From: Fimbriosthenelais zetlandica
Taxonomy: Eukaryota
Assembly (NCBI GenBank): GCA_977030845.1
Contig: OZ365118.1
Coordinates: 16,678,001-16,742,000 of the forward strand
Direction: 5' to 3'
DNA length: 64,000 nucleotides
Shown here: one piece after another, positions 48,911-62,269 of the stretch
Layout of the letters: each line of letters begins with the position of its first letter
Numbering within the stretch: the stretch's first letter is position 1
Notes under the pieces: model-generated
Databases searched by the model: none
Seen by the model: the letters and a program-made list of their open reading frames with translations, nothing else
Told to the model about the DNA's origin: nothing
Made by a program: the position numbers and the translations under genes

Positions 48911-51900
48911 CTCATGAGGGAAGGCTTTCACCTTGGCCCAGCTTTTGGTCAAAATCGAGACCAAGAAAACGTTTTTTTTCCCAAATAACGACTGTGGCTC
49001 ATAGATTTGGCTTATCTCATAAGGGAGGGATATATCACAAATCATAATGGATTAGAATTCCATTCTGGGCTTGTATAATACAGAAAAGTCTGGTCTCGCC
49101 CTGAAAGAATAGGAAAAAGATGACACATTGTTTGAGAGAAGGATCCTATTCCAGTAGGACCTTTCAAGCAAGAGCCTTTCATAGATATAGTACCTAATAA
49201 ACTCCATTTCTAATTTAAAATCCAACTTGATATCGTGAAGATTGCTTTTCTTTGTAAGAAATGAATTAGTGAAACAATAGCCATAGTGGTAGGTGATACA
49301 GCGTGTAGAGGAGTTAGAATAAAGATCTGTTCCCCTGATTGATATTTATCAGAACCCTATCATATTCACATCTGACTAGTATTTCCCATTCATTGATTAA
49401 AAATCCCTATTTTTCCAGTTGGTCTGCTGTACTTTCCATACGTGGAAACCGTCTCTGGGCATTTGGACTGTATTCCGTGGCCGGGCATTGCCATGTTAGG
49501 TATGTGCATTTCGCTGTACTGAAACCACTTTCCCCCATCCTTTTAGGACATGATAAATCACCGAAATTATAACCCCTTCAAATAGACGAGCTACCATATC
49601 GTCTGGCTTTCCATCTAGAAAATCATGTTTATTATTTATAACCTTGTTTACATGCACTGAAGCAGAATGTACGTTTTGCAATATGTAGAGGAGAAAGAAT
49701 TGGCGAGCAGTAAAGCCTTTGTAAAGGAAGATATATACGAGCACCCATAACTATTATACGGTCACGGTTACATATGCAATTAGGAATAGTATTTCCAGAG
49801 GGTATATTGGCTATCTTCCCCATGAGCCTGGTTTACTGCTATTGGACTTTTGATGCTCAGTTTGTTTTTGCCCAGCATCCAGGCAAGTTCTATAACACAG
49901 GATATATACAATTCTGACCACTTCCATCTCATGGAAATGTAGCTGTCTTATATAGCTCGGAGAAAAAAAACCTTCGGTATGGAGGGGAGGTGGAGATGGG
50001 GCCGAATGTCCATTACCCTCCTTTAAGCTGGGCCTCAATTTTTCGCACAGGGAGCACAGCACTGAGTATAGAGGAAGCAATATGCAGTAAATAACATCTG
50101 GGACAGTCGCTTTATTATCTTTAATTCTGGCCCTGTGGCTGCTTGTTTAACTATTTCACATTTAGCCATGGTGTGCCAGTGCTGGTCAGGCCCCCTGCCA
50201 ATGGGGCGTAGATCAAGGGGACCTAAGCCCCGCCTCGAAGGCCTCAGAGTCTCTACTAGTCCCCCAGAATAGGTGCAATAACTTGTACCACAACAGAGGA
50301 AGTAACAGTAAGGGGTCTCCCCTGCTGGGATACCTTATGATGGCCCTCATCGCTATACATTAAAAAGTCTTCACCCTTTATGGATATGGGCCTTGGGTGA
50401 TGAGACATCTTGTCGTACTTAGGTCGCAGTTCGGATCCTATCACCCTCCCAATCCAGCTCCTTCTTTGGATATGGGCTCGTCTTACTATATATGAGTTGC
50501 CATAAAATCTATCCGCATCCCTCCAATCAGATCCAATGTGTATGTAAATCAAAAATACTACGAAGGTTAATCAAATATAGAAAGCCTTCGCTTATGACCT
50601 TTGTAACAGGCAAAGGCAGACCTTCATAAAGTTGAGATTTCTGCTGATGGCTCTGTTCTCATTTCCGAAGGAAAATAGAAAAAACAGATTTATAATACAG
50701 TTTATCCAGTCTATCACATATGTCATGTTTATTATCGGGAGTTTCCAACTTATTATCCAGGAGAAGGGATACTTGTTTTGAGCCTTTGGTGGTTTGATGT
50801 TCTGAATTCTGGATGGCAAAGTTAGCCATCAAAGGGGACTGTTAAAAACACTATGAACTATGTAAGACTCAAGAGGGAGAGTAAGAGAGGAGAGAGGAGA
50901 TGGAGAAGGAACTTGTAGTAAGAAGTTTAGATATAGATGAGCAGAGATCAGGTTGAACAGAGGAGAGAACAGGGGTTAGAAGTCAGGCTTACAATCTCAC
51001 AATTCTACAGCACAGTGGGGGAAGCTCAAGTCAAAGCTGCATTAAGTTCTATATGGCGCCCTGTCTCTTCCAGGTCCTGACAGCCAAGGAAATATAACCT
51101 GACAGCTCAAATGGGGAAAGGTGTAGAGGGGAAGGTTGGGGTGGGTAGGAGAGGATGACTTTGGCTTCTTGCACATTTTTATTTCAGCCCCTCCTGACCA
51201 GGAGAAGGTGGGTTGTAATTTGCCAACATAAGGCAGTAGTAAGAGGGTCTTATAGGCCACGTGGGAACTGTCAAGCTCTGTTGGGGTGGCTTTTATGGCA
51301 GTGCCATGCTACATGGGTGTAAGACTGACAGGCCCACAACACAAGATTGACGCCAACAACCACATTGAAACATAACTCTATTATGAGCCTGACAAAAACT
51401 CGCACCAGCCGCTGCTTGGGCTCATCTTGTTACTGTAAGCTAAAATGATTTTTTCGCTGGAAAGCACCAGCGTGAAACAAGATATTAGTCTATTGAGGGA
51501 GAAGTAGGTGAAAAATTCCCTTTCCCTTCAGTCTTGATGTTCTAATCTGATCGAAAAAGGCCTAATAAGCCTCAATGTGTATTTGATATTCTGCCGGAGA
51601 AAACCTCCCAAGTAGCGTCAGGCATTTGCCTCCTACCATGATAATAAAGTCCTAGAAAAATGCCAAGCTATTACAGAACAAACCACAATGCAACAACACA
51701 ATTTCAGCTGGAGGCATCTCAAGATGATAGGGATTGCCGTTATAGGCGAATGGCTTATTCCAGCAACAGAAAGGCAAACAAAGGCAGGGTAAAAACCTCT
51801 TTCCCCAGAAGGCCCTACTCCACCTGGGTGGATATATGCATAGGAAATTGCCTCCTTTTCGTCGGCCCCTATCAGCTGACGGCCAAAGCCATGCGATTTT

Positions 51901-54900
51901 TCCCATTTAACTTTCCACCGAGACAACTCTGTCACAACGATTAGTTTGCCGGAGTGGTGGGAGGAGGGAACAGGAAGTGGAATTAGTAGACAGGAACCTG
52001 GCTCACATTTGGCAGTGTGTGCTGGTGCCCGACTGACTTGTGTTACGTCTGTACGGGAAGGCCCCAAGAGAGTAGCACCGGTTTGCCCACAGAGCACTCC
52101 CCGGATGTTATCCGGCGGAAGTCGCCGACGGAAATGCACGTCACCTGGTGGCTGCTGATAACAACTGCCTCTGGCGCCATCTGTCGGCCAGGCCAGACTG
52201 TTGCTGTTCAGCGTCCTACAATCTAGAAAGGAACAAAATGTATAGATTAGAAAGTGAAGGTGGTGATAGCTATAGAGAAACTCGTGCTGGGATTGACTGA
52301 TGACAACTGATGAGGTGTAGGGCCAGATGTAACGTTTGTACGTGTTATACTGCTTTAATGCTTTACCAATATATTGCACATAAACAGATCTTGTTCCCTG
52401 TGCTCAACTGCAATACGCAACAATTCCCTATCTCTACATCTACCTGATTGAGTCCATGAGGCCAAATCAATATTAATTGTAATCGATCCATAACTGATAC
52501 CTGCTATTTTCTACGATGGCCAAAATGAAAGCAGCATCTGCCATTACTTGCAAGTATGAACCCCTGAGCCCCTGGCTAAAGTCGATATAATGGCAGGAGC
52601 CCCTGCAACTATCCCATACCCCCTTATAGCCCCAATCGCCATGTCCGAGACGCTATCTAGACGCCAAAATGCCCTGTGGGAAGGTCGGTACCATGCTGCC
52701 CTCTCCAGGGACCTATGTCCTACCCGCTATATCCACTGGCCCAGTCTTAATCAGACATTGTTTTCTATCGCACCGCGCCATGAACCTTATAGTAAAAGTC
52801 TTCATATCTAGACCAAGTCCATTACAAACACGTAAAACATGATTGCTTCCACTCTTTCCATCAAACCTGACATGATGATCCCAGCCAAATATAGATATTG
52901 GGTGAATTTTTCTAGTCCTTCCAGATACCAGTGTCCTTGATACAATATGTAGGTTAGTACATAAATGAATCTATCGCACACAGTGGCCTCTTCATGATGC
53001 CTGGTATTTTCCATGTAAACAACCATTTCTATGCATTTCATTTCCTCAAGCACACCCCGAAAAGCCTTTAAGCCTATAAAATAGTAAAAAAAGTTTTAAA
53101 TTTCCGATGTTAAACCCAGAAAAAAGGTTTCTCATTTCGGATGTTGCGTTGATAAAAACTTTCCATTGAACATCTTTTTCTTCTAATCTTTTAATCTGCG
53201 GCAAATTTTGGCCTCGGTTTCAATCTTTCTTCACTGGCCAACCGCAAATATTTCACCCCTCAGACAGAACATTTTGAAGGTATTGCCTTGAAGGCCTCGA
53301 GTGCCTTAAAGTCTCTCATCCACGAGTATTTGATTTCGTGAAAGGAGAAGAAGTTAAGAGATCTGTTGACATTGATCAGTTTTTGTCTGTCATCTTGGCT
53401 TATCAAATGAATCCCCACCTTCCCTCAGAAATACCTCCTTCCTCCATCTCCCGAGAAAGAAAAGCATCCTCTTTCCCGTCTCTAACTCGTAGCGGTAATC
53501 TCTACCATATCTGTGCCCACAAACAGAGAAAGCGAGTTAATAATAAAAAGCATGCGGATTCATTCGGTCTTCCATTCCTCCAGCCATTGCCTTGGCACTG
53601 GATCACCCAGTCTTATCCATGGCTTTGCTTCAAACACCTCCTTAAAGGCTTAGAAACCGGAGCTGGGGATTTGTGCTTGGTGAAGTATCTATATCATTGC
53701 TGATTTCAATCCTTTCCTTTTAAGTACTTGCCAAAAATTTCTATTTATTCACCAAGGATCGTTCTTGGCATAACACTCCTCGGAATATTTTATGCAATAC
53801 CTTATCAGTTATCAGAGCCTATATAAGGGGAATTCATGAGAGCTGTTAATCTCCCAGTGTATGAATGGTGAACATTGAGGTGTCAGTACAGTCAACATTG
53901 CTGATCTCTAATCTTGATTAATCACCCCCCTGGTCATCACAAAGCAAGGGGATTATCCCTCCTAAGATGCCAGCCAATATGCAGGATGTGGTAGAAGGCC
54001 AAGGTAAATCAAATACTCGTTTCTTACTTTCAATTTCTTCATCCATCGGAACCGTTATGGACGATTGATTCAAATTTATTTCAACTGGAACTAGTTCAAA
54101 TATCAAGAGCTTCAGCTGTTGGTAGCTGGTAAGGATGCTCTATTTGATAAAGATGGAATAGAGTAATAGACACTGATCTTTTTATCCTGTAGCCTAAGTA
54201 GGATCATGGACTGGGAAATGGGGGCTGGAAGGTCGTCTAACAATGACATGACCTTTAATTCTCGGGGGGTCAGTGCCCACGGCCATGGGATTGACATTTT
54301 GCGCCTTGATGGTTCCCCCTCCGTGCAGTGAGAGGCTTTAACTAGGTCCACAAATGTTCCCTCATCATTATCATTGTCATCATCCCGGGGGAGGTAAGAT
54401 CTGTGTCACTGTGTTGCGCCAAGTGAGATTCATGATTGTAATCTTGGTCTGGTGTGAAGGACTGCGTTATACATAGTCGATATCATCGCCATCATATAGT
54501 GTTACTGCGGGAGTTCCATTTTCCCATTAGGTAGCTCCAGCTTAATGCATCTCATTATGAAGGAACACATTGAGAGTTGGAAGATTTCCAAATTGCTTTG
54601 CTGAAAGCTTACGCTGAAGTTATGAAATCATCTGCGGCAGAGACATTTAGTTGTAAGTACTATTGAATTTAGATCATCGTGTAGTATATTCGTCGATGGT
54701 TACTCTCGGGGTGAATGTCCTCTTCGTGGATTCTATAATTCCCACATCACCTTCAGGGAATGGGCCAGGAGTGCATGTAAAGTGCTAACGTGAACATGAT
54801 GGATATGTTCAGCCTGGTTCTGAGTTATCGCCGAGGGTTGCAGGAGGTCACCAAGTTAATAGAATCAGTGACAGATCAAGGGTTCAATATTGGGGTCTTC

Positions 54901-55670
54901 TAACCTCCAGCTTGGATGTTAGCCACACTCGCCTATCCCAGCCCTCAACTCACTTGCATAGGATAAACATTTACTACTTTACCCCAGTTTTTCTTGACTT
55001 ATTCTTGATCTAGTTGATCCTGTTATCTAATCACATTTTTTCGCACTTTCTACCTTTCTGGACTTTATTGGACTAGTCTAAGCCAAGGTAGATTGAATGA
55101 TTGATGCCATCAAGCTGTTTAGACCATATGTAGCATTTTACTTTAAATTTAAAATTGAACTCTTTTTATTGTGTTATCTTGAAAGACTGCCTTCTCAGTG
55201 TCGTGTTTTGAGTGCAGCCACCAGATTCCTGTCAGGAACAGAAAACAACCTTCATGTATCGTATTAATGCAGAGAACTATAAAGTTGTATTGATGTGGGC
55301 TCAGCGGTTAGATAAATTCATGTTTATCCCATGAATATCGAGGCTAGCCTAATTGATCTGCCGTGTGATATTGTACCCTGCAAAGCAGACCACAAATTTA
55401 CGGCCATGTCGGGCCTCAAGATTACACTTTGGAGAGCTATAAGGAACGCTGAAGCTCTGTCCCCGTGGATTAATGACGATGATGCAACCTCAGTAGCCCT
55501 TTTTATCGGCTCGGAAATCTTTCTTTCTATTCTGCCACGCCGTTTTTACCCCGCATCTCTTCTGTCAAGGCACTAGGCGAATGGAAATCATCCGAGGTGG
55601 GGGGAAGAAAAAAGATTGAACACACAAGCCGCAAGAGAGCCATAACGAAGTGGATGGGAGACTTTGGCAT

Positions 55671-55684
55671 GTTTCCATGGCAGC
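55671..55684. promoter_or_regulatory. RFX X-box-like motif GTTTCCATGGCAGC in a CpG-richer segment
   Basis: One mismatch to GTTTCCATGGCAAC. Confidence 0.2.
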
Positions 55685-58300
55685 CCGGGGCAATCCGAAC
55701 TCCTCCTATTATCACTCACCAATGCATGCCGGGAAGTCATGTGACATGGGGCGGCACGATCAAAGGCTCTCTCGATTGCATAATATCAGAGGCGATCTGA
55801 TATTTGATCGAAGGCGGACATGGCTGTGACTTGAAAGCTTGCTCCCGCTCAAACACGGCTCCGGAATGAAGTCCATTGGCTTGCATTCCCAGCCAGCTTA
55901 AGTCTAGGACGGTTGATATTCAAAACGGAACCTAGTCTGCTCCCATGAATTGGAAGCCTTTTCTGAGGTTTAAAAAATCTTGCCATCGAAAGAGGAGTAA
56001 GGAGTTGGGAGTTGGGAGTCATTGTATTGGGTGGTGCTGGAATGACAAACTATGTACTGATGCCCATCCTTGAACATGAGGTGTGGTGTTAAACTTGTTG
56101 ATATCGATGTCCAATATCAAAAAACCAATGCTTCTTCCTCCTCCCAGTGCTGCTAACTGGGTTATAAAAGATCAGAAACTGTCTCTGCTGAGTGACATGT
56201 GAAGGATTTATTGGTGCCTATTAACAAGGGCAGGCCATTGTGCTGACAGCGCGTTTCCTGTGTCAGGCCCTGGCACACTTCGCATATTCTCATTTCTGCT
56301 GTCCTATTCTTCAGTTGAAATTGAGTATGATTGCCTTTTTGAAATTGGTATATTATCTAAGAATGGGATCATTCATTCCATTCCTTGATGATATCAGTAT
56401 ACATGTATGTACACATCTCCAATCTGATAAAAGAAAGCAAACGAGGCAATTAATAAACAGGACATTCTCAAATGATGAGTTACATAGTTTCCACATCTTA
56501 AGCGAAAATGGTTCTTTGCTGTCAGTTTTATATATCCTACGTCCTTCTGTTTTCATCTTCAAATTAACGAAATTGAAATTGAAGTATATGCAATATGCAC
56601 AATGTTGACTGCCTTTGACAATAACATTGTATATAACAGCTATATATTGATATAAGACCTTGAGTATTGCTTCTTAAGCTTAAAAAGTTGAGGATGTTTA
56701 GTAATGTATATAGGGAGGATAAAACAGGTAGTACAAACATAGTGGTGTGCACACCTATTATCTTCACTTTGTGAAAGCATCCTTCGTCGTCCTCTTCAAT
56801 ATTTCAGGTCTACATCGGGCCTAACAAAGGTTCCGGCCGGCAAGCCTTTACTTTACATGTGTAAGCAGTAGTACGTCGCTATTAATACGCTGTCTGCCTA
56901 CTAGATGTATATTTATAGGTGATAAAACATCAATGAGGCAACGGAAAGTGTGCGAGAAAGGCTGAGAAAGCATTGTATGACAGTGTCACAAAGTAGTATA
57001 GGTTGTATAATACGTAAAACTTAACATATATATTGATGGGTATTAGCCCTGATATACGTACATTTCTTTAAAGGGATATCGACAGTACGAAAGTATTGGA
57101 AAGGAAGAGGCTTTCAATGTGTGTAAAAACTAGCAGCTCCAACTTTCTAAAATTAAAATGGAGCTCTCGATTACTGATTTTTCACAGATCTCTTCATTTC
57201 AATTTCTTAGTATTTTCTCTGAATCGTTTGGATTGGATCTTTCCCTCTTTTCAAATTGTGATCCCTGTCTCAGTTTTCTTCACTTTTCGAAGCAAACTGC
57301 CATAAAAGCCTGTCAGTTTCTTTTACCTGATGACAGCATGTCAGCCGACACTTTTGCTGATTTTGGTTTCCAGTGTTTATCGTCAAAATCAATGGGAGCA
57401 GTGAGGAAATAATCATTCCACCATTATTTTATGTGCCATTTAAATCCAAAAACCTTAGGTTTCCTGTTCATTATCTGGCCTGGTGTTGTTAATCTTGTCG
57501 TTTTCTAAAGCTTATTCACAAGGAAATGTGAATTAACTGTCTCACTTCCAAGGCTTCTGACAATCGACCAGTTGCCTTCTGATGCCTTGCTAATGCAATT
57601 TTGGCTCCATTATTTGTGCATGATGTGTGTCAGTGTATGGCTGCATAAATAGTTTTGTCTCGTGCAACTTCACATAGTCAGTTGTACTTTTACAGGATAG
57701 TCCTGTTTGACACTGTCATAAAGGGAATCCATGTACACAGGAAGTGACACTTTACTAATGGAAGACTGCCATATAGTAATGCCATTCAAGTGGCTTCAAT
57801 TTCCCCCGAATACACACTGTCATTCAAATGATTCCTTTTCAGATGGCTTCTTAGCTTGTTTCTATTCAGATTGGCTTCATTTGGTTTTTAATTCAGAGTC
57901 AGGGATGGATCAGGTGGCCTTTTTATTTGTTCAAGTCAGCTTAAGCGAAATCTTTAAAGCGTTTGTTTTTTTAAATTCCACATAAAGTAAAACAAGAATA
58001 GGTCCCAGGTGAATGACATAGTTTACGTGAACATTTAGTTTATTTACAGTACCAGGTGTTTGTCATCAGGGGGGAGCCTGGTGGTGATATACTGGGTGAG
58101 GCATGGTGATGAAGCGCCATCACTATGGTAACCATTATGTGGGGCTTTCTTCCCCTACACCTGGTGGTCCTTACTAATACTCTTACAACAATACACAATC
58201 TGTGTATCAGATGAAAAAACATCTTTAACACTGTCATTTCTGGCACTAAGCATTGTGGCATCGTTATTTGAAGAAGTTTGTTGAAATATGTTGGTATTCC

Positions 58301-58375
58301 TGAACAAAATGGCCGCCACTGGGTGAACCAAAATGGCCGCCACTGACGTAACCAAAATGGCCGCCACAGGGTGAA
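58301..58375. repeat. 24-bp tandem repeat x3 containing AAAATGGCCGCCAC
   Basis: The ggccgcc core occurs at 58311, 58335 and 58359. Confidence 0.95.
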
Positions 58376-60238
58376 GAAGTAGGCCGACTGTCAGCTTAAG
58401 ACATTATCATTAATAAGAGCCCCGCGCTTGGCAGAATATGTGGAATCACATAATAGATGTACTCAAGATGGATTTTCCCAGCAATCCCTTAGAATAAAGT
58501 CCCGCATTAAAATTGATATCTCGTCTAAGTTTTTATCCCCAGTGTCATCAAGAACAAGCCCATTTTAAGCTGCTTCTTCCATTTTCCTGATTTAATAGCT
58601 TCATTCTGGATCTATCTGCTTCGCTTTGTAAGGGTAGATACCTCCTTACAATGGCTTCCTACCCTGTGTCCGTTGAACCATAATCGTTGTCAATAAAAAG
58701 CAATATTACTTTGATTATCAGCCTGGAATCCCCTGTTCAACACGCGATTACAGTAAAATCCACCCTGGGGATGCAGCTAAATCCCTCTGCTCTTCCTTCC
58801 TCCCATCCACACTGCAGATGTCTGCCATCAAAGTATGGTTCAGACGTATTCAGCCTTCTCGTCAAAAGCCCATCGCTGTACAGACTTTTTTGTACAACAA
58901 GCTTGCTCGGGGCAAGCATTCCTAACTTGTACAAAAATGGGGTGCGGCGCGTAATTCCCTCAGCCCCTCTCTATTATTTCCTCCACTGTTGGGTTATGAC
59001 TAAGGGCACCATAGATCATCGCTTGGGTCAGGCGATGGTTTGCTCTAGGCGCGCACCATAAAAAGAGAGAAGACAACCAAGTGTCTTTCTGGACAGGCGG
59101 TCAAATCAATCATGCGAAAAAGAAATCGATGGTCAAGACAATGTGAAACTATGAGAAGAAACAAGATGGTGGAAGTAGAGAGTACAATGCTCCTTCTGTT
59201 TGTATTGGTATTATGCATTTTGTATTGGTATTGTGTATTCCAATTTTTCTATGGATTTGCATGGGGTTTGGAAATTCATCAGACTGACTTGCATGGGATA
59301 TGCAATATGTCTTTCTCAGAGTTGAAATTGGGAAGTAATACTGGTCAACTGTTGATAATTATGCAGTGTGACTAGGTTATGGTTATGGAAGGTGAATTAA
59401 TTTGTCTCTGGAGCATTATATTCCCCCAGTTTCATGCATTATAAACTCGCCCCCATTATGTCCATGTAGGACCGCCTTGTGTAGGAAGCATTGAATAACG
59501 CCTCTACAAATATTGATGTTTGAACACAGCTCCATCATCTGTGAAACATCCCCACCCACCTTATCAATGTCTAAATTGAATTGCTTCACGCTAGGTCTTT
59601 GAGATATGTTTGGGAGTCCACTCCAGCCGCGGACTGAATGCCTTTACCATCACCCCCCTTTACAGCATTGAGAACAATGGCATGGAAAAAGTGGCTTGTG
59701 GCCTCATCGCATGTGGCGAGGAATGGGTGTTGGGAGTCATGAGATACTGGGAATGAGCAACGCAAATCACACCGTGGGAAGCTGGGGTTCTCGGGGTCTC
59801 CTATCAACTCCCGGCAAAATTTAGACTTGTCATGCTTCCAAGCTTTAATGAGGGAAACAGCGAAGGCAGAGGAAAATTTGCAGAGGAGAAGAAAAGAAAG
59901 AGAAAACACTTCGTTTAGGGTAGGAAAAAAACGGTGATGCCTGGTGCATGCACTTGAAGATGTGGGTTCTGGGAGGCGAGTAATTCTCCACCTGATTGGA
60001 TTGTCAGATGTGTTGTTAGTTTCATTAGCAGTTAAGCCCCATCCTCAGGGGCTTTCCCGTGTTTATGTTGCCCGGGGTAACGGACTGAGGAGACTTTTAC
60101 TGAAATCCTACACTTTTTGTTTGCTCCGGGTCGTCCATATCCAAGAGCCGTACAGGTTTTAGGTTGTAGAGGATTTCTCTTGCTCAGTGTGTTTTACTTT
60201 TAGACTAATGTATACCTATTATGTGTTCCTCTTTGGTG

Positions 60239-60370
60239 GGCTGGAATTGCCGCAACGATTACGATAGCAGGGGCTTGCTATTTGCTAGTATAGTGTTGCG
60301 GATTGAGGGTATAGAAAAGTCGGCAACAAGGGCCATCCGCAACAAAGTTGCACACCCGCAAGGCAATTGA
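60239..60370 (+). mobile_element. Non-LTR retrotransposon ORF2 C-terminal remnant (relative of 11340-11400)
   Basis: GWNCRNDYDSRGLLFASIVLRIEGIEKSATRAIRNKV; about 40/50 nt identical to the reverse complement of 11349-11398. Confidence 0.4.
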
Positions 60371-61774
60371 ACCCCAGTTACCCAATGAATATCACGGATT
60401 GCCTTTTGAATTGTCCATAATTATGTCTAAAGTCAACTCTGTCACTTCTGACCAAGGGCCCTCTACTTATATGACCCCAGATAAGTAAAGTATGACAAAC
60501 TGACATAGCGCCTCTTACGTCAATTACAATACTGTGGGCTATCCTCTATAATTTATAACGCCATCATAAAGAGAGCTAAAAACACTGAGAAACCATGCTC
60601 CATGTTGGTCTGCATCTCGTGACTTCTCTTTAAGAACAGATGGATAATAATATAAGCAGCGACCAGCCGTTAGTGTTATGTGTGTGCCATTTGTAGCTAT
60701 ATGAGATCGGCCCCATACCCTCTTTTCCGTCGGGAAATGGTAAAACCCGGATGTGTGAAATATTCATAGGGATGCAGATAGAGTGTTACAACATATCCTT
60801 ATTTAGCAAGGAATATATGTCCCAAGGACATTCCCATTCCCTGCAGATTAATTTGTCTTTCGACTACACAGATATGTTGTATACTTTAATGGAACTACAA
60901 ACTGATTTCTTTCATTTCCTGGTTTTTGCCACCAAATAAAAGTGACAGCTTCAATCTGATTGAGAATAGAAAATAATGTGTCTTAAAAATGTTTGCTAAC
61001 TCAAAATCCAACTGTTTTTTCTTGCAATAATATTCCAGAAGCATGCGTGTATGAACTTAACATTACAGATATAAAATGACTGTTTAATTTGAAATATAAT
61101 ATTCAAACCGTCAATAAGAAATATGATATACTCGCCTAAGGGAAGGTGTCGACAGCAAAATCATATTGCTTGGTAAACACATTTTCCTGTTAGTTTTTAT
61201 TGTAAGCTGGCCTCACTGCCTTAATTGCTTTCTAATTACAAAATTTGGAAACTATATACATTCAGTATCCTAAACATCTTAATCCCGATGTTCTCTTGCC
61301 CTTTTGAAGGATAACTACTAATTCAAAGATAAATAGAGTACCAGTCTTCCCTCAAAGTTTTTTGTCATGCCCTGTATAACTTTGCTTTACAACTTTCTGT
61401 CTCTGCTGAAGCTTTGTACTATCGGCCATCCATATCACGAAAGCTTTACTACATGAATGGAGCATTGAAGCCGATGAATAATCTTAACCTAACTCTCAAC
61501 AGAACCGGCTACATTTGCCACTTCCTTGGTTCGGTCAGCTGGGATCCTGCTTGCCCATTTGGACTGGCATGACTAAGTAGAAATCTACCTGTTCTCCTCA
61601 TGGCCAGACAGGGTTTGTGTATAGATGGGGCAAGCACCAGGCCTCACTCTGTCTATGTCTTATTGCTAAGTAGGGGAATGCACAGCTGGGAATCCTGCTC
61701 AAGACTCCGAATCTTATAGGTAATCTGTTGCCAGGAAACATCCCATTCAATTAGGGCTGTTGATTCAGTCGAAG

Positions 61775-61940
61775 CCCCTTCTCTCCTCTCCATATCTTCT
61801 ATCCATCCCTTCGCCTGTCCCCTCTCTTCCCCTGCCCCTCTTTCCCTCCCGCTCTATCTCCCTCTCTCTTCCCTTCTCACTCTCTTTACCTCTCCTAACT
61901 CGCATGATCTTTCTATCTCTCATTTCTTTTCTCGCATGCT
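61775..61940. repeat. CT-rich polypyrimidine tract
   Basis: Direct inspection. Confidence 0.85.
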
Positions 61941-62269
61941 TCTAAGCCCACCGTACTGCTAGACCATTTCCCTAGTCTAAAACAAAGCTAGTAGTACACG
62001 GAAAGTGGACACGGTGATAGCGTGAAGGGCAGTGCGGCAGCAGTTATATGAGGAAAAAGGACATTGGTGTAGGAAGCACTAATGCATTAATACAAGGCTT
62101 GGGTGGGACTGTCGGGTTTGTCACTGTCACTATGTAGAACAAAAGTGTTTTTTGTGCTTAGGAGGGGCAGGGGTAGAATGTCAGAATCTAGAACGTTGCC
62201 TTGACTTAGGGCCTGGATTTAAATAACATTCCCAATTGATGGTAATTCCAGTTTGATTAGTACTATTGT

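Noticed and set aside
52808-53053. WLFTWK (Rep motif I-like) together with PLTGVGKTR at ~43430 as a CRESS-virus Rep
   Set aside because: The motifs are 9.5 kb apart on opposite strands and there is no HUH motif II or III support.
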